DNA of 53,620 nt, counting the filler, from Squatina squatina (lineage: Eukaryota), in NCBI GenBank assembly GCA_031763465.1. It is 3 parts of 3 records of this genome, joined end to end, with 100 filler letters (N's around TTAATTAATTAA, not from the genome) between each part and the next. Parts side by side here need not be neighbours in the genome. Positions count along the whole stretch, not along the records: positions 39,838 to 53,620 come from JARFOE010000194.1; 2 more parts are not named here. One strand, written 5' to 3'. How positions within the stretch are numbered: the stretch's first letter is position 1; each line of letters opens with the position of its first letter. The position numbers and the translations under genes were made by a program. Shown here piece by piece: positions 49,323-53,620 of this stretch. Under the pieces are notes generated by a model. The model made no database searches. It was not told where the DNA came from and saw only the letters and a program-made list of their open reading frames with translations.

Positions 49323-51790
49323 TCAAGTGGTTTGAAAATATGCTTCCATTTCAGTGAAGAATAACCCAGATAGAGGTTTTCCACAATTTTTTAGTATCCG
49401 AATTAATCTGTTATAGAATCCATCTTCCTTCAGATCATAAAGATCTCTACAGATAATTTTCTGACTTTGCATTCTCAGTGAACAAGGAAAATTATACTTT
49501 ATATATTGTTTAATAATTTATTATATAAAAATCTATAGCTTGTCAGTATTGTAACAAATTTGAAAATGTCTTCTGTGACTGTTTCTGGGAGAGGTGTCTG
49601 CTTCTCTGTACCATAAAGGTGTGAAATATACATCCAGTTGTCTAGCTTCCCTGACCTATAACTAGTCAAATAGTGTAACTTTTGAAAGGGCAATGTTTCT
49701 TCTCTGATACCTGTAATTACATTGAGGAAATATATGTCGTCAAACAAACTGTTAGATGGAAGTTTTGTCACCTTATTATCTATGAATGATGCTGGAGTCT
49801 TTCTGTCTGCAGAATGAATACCTGGTACAGCATTCGACAGACCAGCCAACTATCTCCCAGCTTATCTATTTGTGCCACATCAAGGCATTAATTGGATATT
49901 AATTGAGACCTGAAGGAAAATAAGTCTTCCTTCAAGTCAGCTGGTGTCAAGGTATAGGTGTCTTTGAAATCAATTTTTATTCACAGTTTTGATTAATTGT
50001 GAAGGTACATTCTTATCTATCCTTTTATACAAGCAATGAGTTTAAATGAGAGAGAAGAATATAATCAGGCTGGCAGTAGTGGTTATTCAGTATTATCTGA
50101 CCCCGCTCTTCCAGAATTCGTGCTGGGAAATAATATGGTGCTCCATGAAAGCACAGTCCCCTGGAAAACTGTTCATCATGGATGTGGGGTCCAAAGTTAT
50201 TGATCAGAATTATTAAGGGCGGCCAACTCACGGGTAAACCTTTTGTGCGAAATCAGCACGAAACGGGCTTAAAGGCACTTTAGGCGTGAAAACGCAGGTG
50301 CAAAATTTGGGATCCATTCGCGCCGGCGCAAAACGGGCGCAAGCCCCATAATGCTTGAAGCGCTGGCTGAAGTGTAATCACGACGTTATGACTTCATAAG
50401 TGCGCGCAGAGCCCAAAATGGCTGCCCGTCCGAAATTGCACAGTGCCAGTGTACACTAAATCCAGCGGTGACAACGCCTGCATNNNNNNNNNNNNNNNNN
50501 NNNNNNNNNNNNNNNNNNNNNNNNNNNNNNNNNNNNNNNNNNNNNNNNNNNNNNNNNNNNNNNNNNNNNNNNNNNNNNNNNNNCCCCAGCTATTGTATTT
50601 CTCAAAGCTAATTAAGCTGGTCTGACCTGAGGGGGACTCTGTAAGGGGAATCAAGGAGAGTCTGAGGAAAAGAGGTCAACAGAATTATGACAGAAAGCTT
50701 AGAAAGTGAAGTAGCAGAAAGAATTGCCTGGATGTCATTGAGCTTATTAGAAAGAGCATTGATGACAGGACATGAGAGTCGAGCAAAATAGAGTGGTGAA
50801 TGTGTAGACTGGAGAGATTGGTGTACAATTACTGCACATGCTAATTGTTCTAAAGACTGCTGAAAACTTTATCATCCTGAATTGTTACTAAACATTGTTT
50901 TTCCTTTTGCAACTCAATCCTTCTCTGCTTGTTTTCTGTAACTAAGATTATTGGATTATTGTGGCGTAAAAAGACCTCCTCTTAACACAAAGATACAAAG
51001 GAACCTGAGAGTATGGCCTTTTCAAGAACTTTAGTGAATAAAACATGTGGAATATAAAACTTGGGAGGGTCCCTAGATCTTTTGTTGAGTAAGATAAAGT
51101 TCCATTCAATTCTGAGTTCAAGAAGGCTCATAGGAAGACAATTTTGGTATATTTTCAATTAAATTTAATATTTTTAATATATCTCTGAGTGTATATTCCT
51201 CTCAGGAAGCCTTTTACAGTTTCATTTCATTAGCTGCTAACCTGATTATCTGACATGAACAGACTATGACTTATATTCCTTTTAAAGGTTATAAGGATGT
51301 ACTGACCATATCAATCAGTGATTTTGAATATTCAGTGCAACTAGATTCATTTTTACCTTAGCATTTCATTATGATAAACTAATTGAAATTACAATTAACA
51401 GAACACTAACGAAGAATGGTTCTTTACTTTCTATAGCTTACCAGTTGATCTTCCATGACATTACTTCAGGTGATGTGGGATTAAAGGGCGAGGGAGAATT
51501 AAAATAGGTCACGCAGAAATAATTCAGTTCCCATTTTAAATTCATACATTCTATCCTTATCTNNNNNNNNNNNNNNNNNNNNNNNNNNNNNNNNNNNNNN
51601 NNNNNNNNNNNNNNNNNNNNNNNNNNNNNNNNNNNNNNNNNNNNNNNNNNNNNNNNNNNNNNTTTTTCTTTCTATGTATATGACAGGATAATTTGGTGAG
51701 CTGTCAACTTTGTATCTGGACAGTACAATGCCTGTCACTGGGGCTAAGGCAGATATACGAATTAAAACAGTTGAAAGAAATTAACATTTA
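49323..51790 (-). pseudogene. Degraded intronless coding fossil; candidate endogenous Mononegavirales L-polymerase fragment
   Basis: Chain of same-strand open segments of about 35-116 codons linked by stops and frameshifts, with motif order resembling the end of the capping domain, connector, methyltransferase and C-terminal domain (see findings). Confidence 0.4.
50217..50483 (+). mobile_element. Harbinger-type MITE, family copy 3 (cut by gap)
   Basis: TAA|GGGCGGCCAACTC; aligns with 15015 and 30730; interrupts the minus-strand fossil. Confidence 0.75.
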
Positions 51791-51846
51791 AATTAACATT
51801 GCGTGCTTAGGAACGGACATAACAGATATGTTCCCTTTTCTTTCAG

Positions 51847-52033
51847 GGCTGATTGGCCGAAGGACTACTTTGTTCAGCCATATGTGCCGAGGTTTAGAAA
51901 TGGCTGGGAGCCACCTCTCGAAAATTTTCAAGGAGTTCCCTGGGAACTGGAACCAAATCAAGCGGCAGACTCAACCGCAACTGCAGTAGATACACATCGC
52001 AAACAGGAGGAGATGAGGCGACAAGCTGAGGAT
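51847..52033 (+). pseudogene. Best-preserved exon of the unidentified gene/pseudogene
   Basis: Strong acceptor ttcccttttctttcag| (K)ADWPKDYFVQPYVPRFRNGWEPPLENFQGVPWELEPNQAADSTATAVDTHRKQEEMRRQAED |GTGAGG, phase 2 to 0, no stop. Confidence 0.7.
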
Positions 52034-52257
52034 GTGAGGCAATCTTCATGGTTAATCCTTTGTGTATAGTGCAACATTTTGCAATGTTACTAACATTCTA
52101 TGTCACTGATGGATTTACTTATTAATTTTCAATAAGGACTCCATTGTAATGCCTGTATCAAATATTAAGTACATTATTGTTTGACTTCTGGGATCTGGAC
52201 TTGAATCTATCCATGACTGGTGGAATGAAAGTCTCTATCTAAGAGTTTGGACATATC

Positions 52258-52965
52258 GGGGCTGAATTTCCGATCCCATCGGGTCCCACTGGGTGCGTAC
52301 GATTTATTGAATTTGTGAATTGGTCCTGGTGCCCCAGCGGAGCTCAGGCCTCATCGTCGGGGACGCCAACGGCGCCAGTGTCGGACGCACAACGTCATCA
52401 GATCACCCGCAAACCCTCCATGCTGGCCTGCAACCCCCCTGTGCCCTGCTGCTAAGCCGCCTCCAGAATCGGAGGACGGCTCAGCCACGACGCCACGGGC
52501 TTTGGCAACGACAGGTTTTCCCTTTCGTTGCCAAGGCGTGTTAAAGGCACGGGTCTTGCACCTGCGGCTGCCATCTTTAAACATTGACCAACTTTATTGC
52601 CAGCCGATCGCCCCTGTGTACTGCTCTCCCCCTTTGCCACATGCTCTCTGGCGTGCCGGCACCTTTTTGCGGCAGTTCCCGGGTCCCTGGTGGTCCAGCA
52701 GCCCTGGATTCCGATGCATCATTTAAGCCTGCAGCCCTTGCCTTTAAGGCAGCGACGCAGCATTGGCCGGATCCACACCGTGGCAATGTTTCTTTAGTGT
52801 GACCACGTTACGCTGACCCGGAATGGTGACAAAGTCATCAAGACGGCACCTCCGTGCCTTGCTGTCAGCGCGGCGCACTCCAGCTGTGGGGTCCCGAATG
52901 CTGCGGCCGGTTTTGGTGGAGTCCAATTGGGGCCTCAAAATGTCAATTTTTGGGGGCAGCCCAGG
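52258..52965. mobile_element. CpG-rich DNA-transposon-like (Harbinger-type) element
   Basis: GGGGCTGAATTTCC terminus, about 700 bp of high GC/CpG, many overlapping short ORFs with no recognisable domain. Confidence 0.5.
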
Positions 52966-53620
52966 CCTGTCGAATGTTTCCATTTCCTATCCATCCCTAC
53001 AGTTTCCAAGAGTAAAAGTACCAATTCGTGCTGAATGAGGCACAGTTGTATGCTGTAAGCCCACACATGCTGAAACTGGATTGACTACCCAGCCTCATTT
53101 CATGTAGAACTCTTACAGCCAAAAGGCAGAATTTTACAATGACTTAAAAAGTTTTTTAAAAATACAGCCACACTATGAATACTTAAGTTTCCCCCCGCCA
53201 ACCCACAGCCCCCCAACTTAAGTTTGACTCATTTTACATAATGCTCTGTAAAATGTCATTCACTAAACAAACACTGTTTGGAGATGATTCGAGAAAGACT
53301 TAGTCAGGATGAGAAGGCACAGTCATGCAATGCTGTATCAGCTTCTCGTGAGTGGAATAACAACATCTCCTTGCGTGAGGAGAACAGAATATGCAAGAAC
53401 TCTTAATCCCTGAGTACCCAAGCTTTAAAAAATGCTTCCTAAAATGTAATAAAAGATGGCTCTTTTTTTTTGAGTTTAGAATTGTCGCTAAAAGCCACAG
53501 GTTTCAGCTAGATTAAATTCTTGAAGCCATATTTATAAATGCTAACATGAGAACTGACCAGGCTCATCAGATTATTCAGTCTTGAAAGCTACAGTTTTCA
53601 CAGGCTGTCGATGCTGTGAC

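Noticed and set aside
51270-51510. Plus-strand reading containing GEGE as a methyltransferase glycine motif
   Set aside because: Opposite strand to the rest of the fossil, short and stop-bounded; this sub-region is ambiguous on both strands.
52258-52965. CpG-island promoter or cluster of small ORFs
   Set aside because: Begins with a transposon-like terminus; overlapping ORFs are expected from GC content.
1463-53620. ABCA13 or other expected UPP1 neighbours
   Set aside because: No exon matching them was recognised.

Overview
Eukaryotic DNA, most likely a cartilaginous fish (shark/ray) judging by its repeats, from a heavily gapped assembly with dozens of 100-N spacers and two artificial TTAATTAATTAA linkers. 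The window opens with the last coding exon of uridine phosphorylase 1 (UPP1, +). About 40 kb of repeat-rich DNA follows: CR1, L2 and RTE LINE fragments, tRNA/Deu-core SINEs, PIF/Harbinger remnants and MITEs, and Penelope-like pieces carrying hammerhead-ribozyme motifs, one of them a 102-bp insertion with a perfect 15-bp TSD. At 41.6-52.0 kb a phase-consistent chain of + strand exons with many C>T-type nonsense codons indicates an unidentified multi-exon pseudogene. Inside its last visible intron, on the - strand (49.3-51.8 kb), is a degraded intronless reading frame whose motif order resembles the C-terminal half of a Mononegavirales L polymerase, a candidate endogenous RNA-virus element split by a MITE. 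All homology calls are from recall and manual translation, not database searches; repeat boundaries are approximate.
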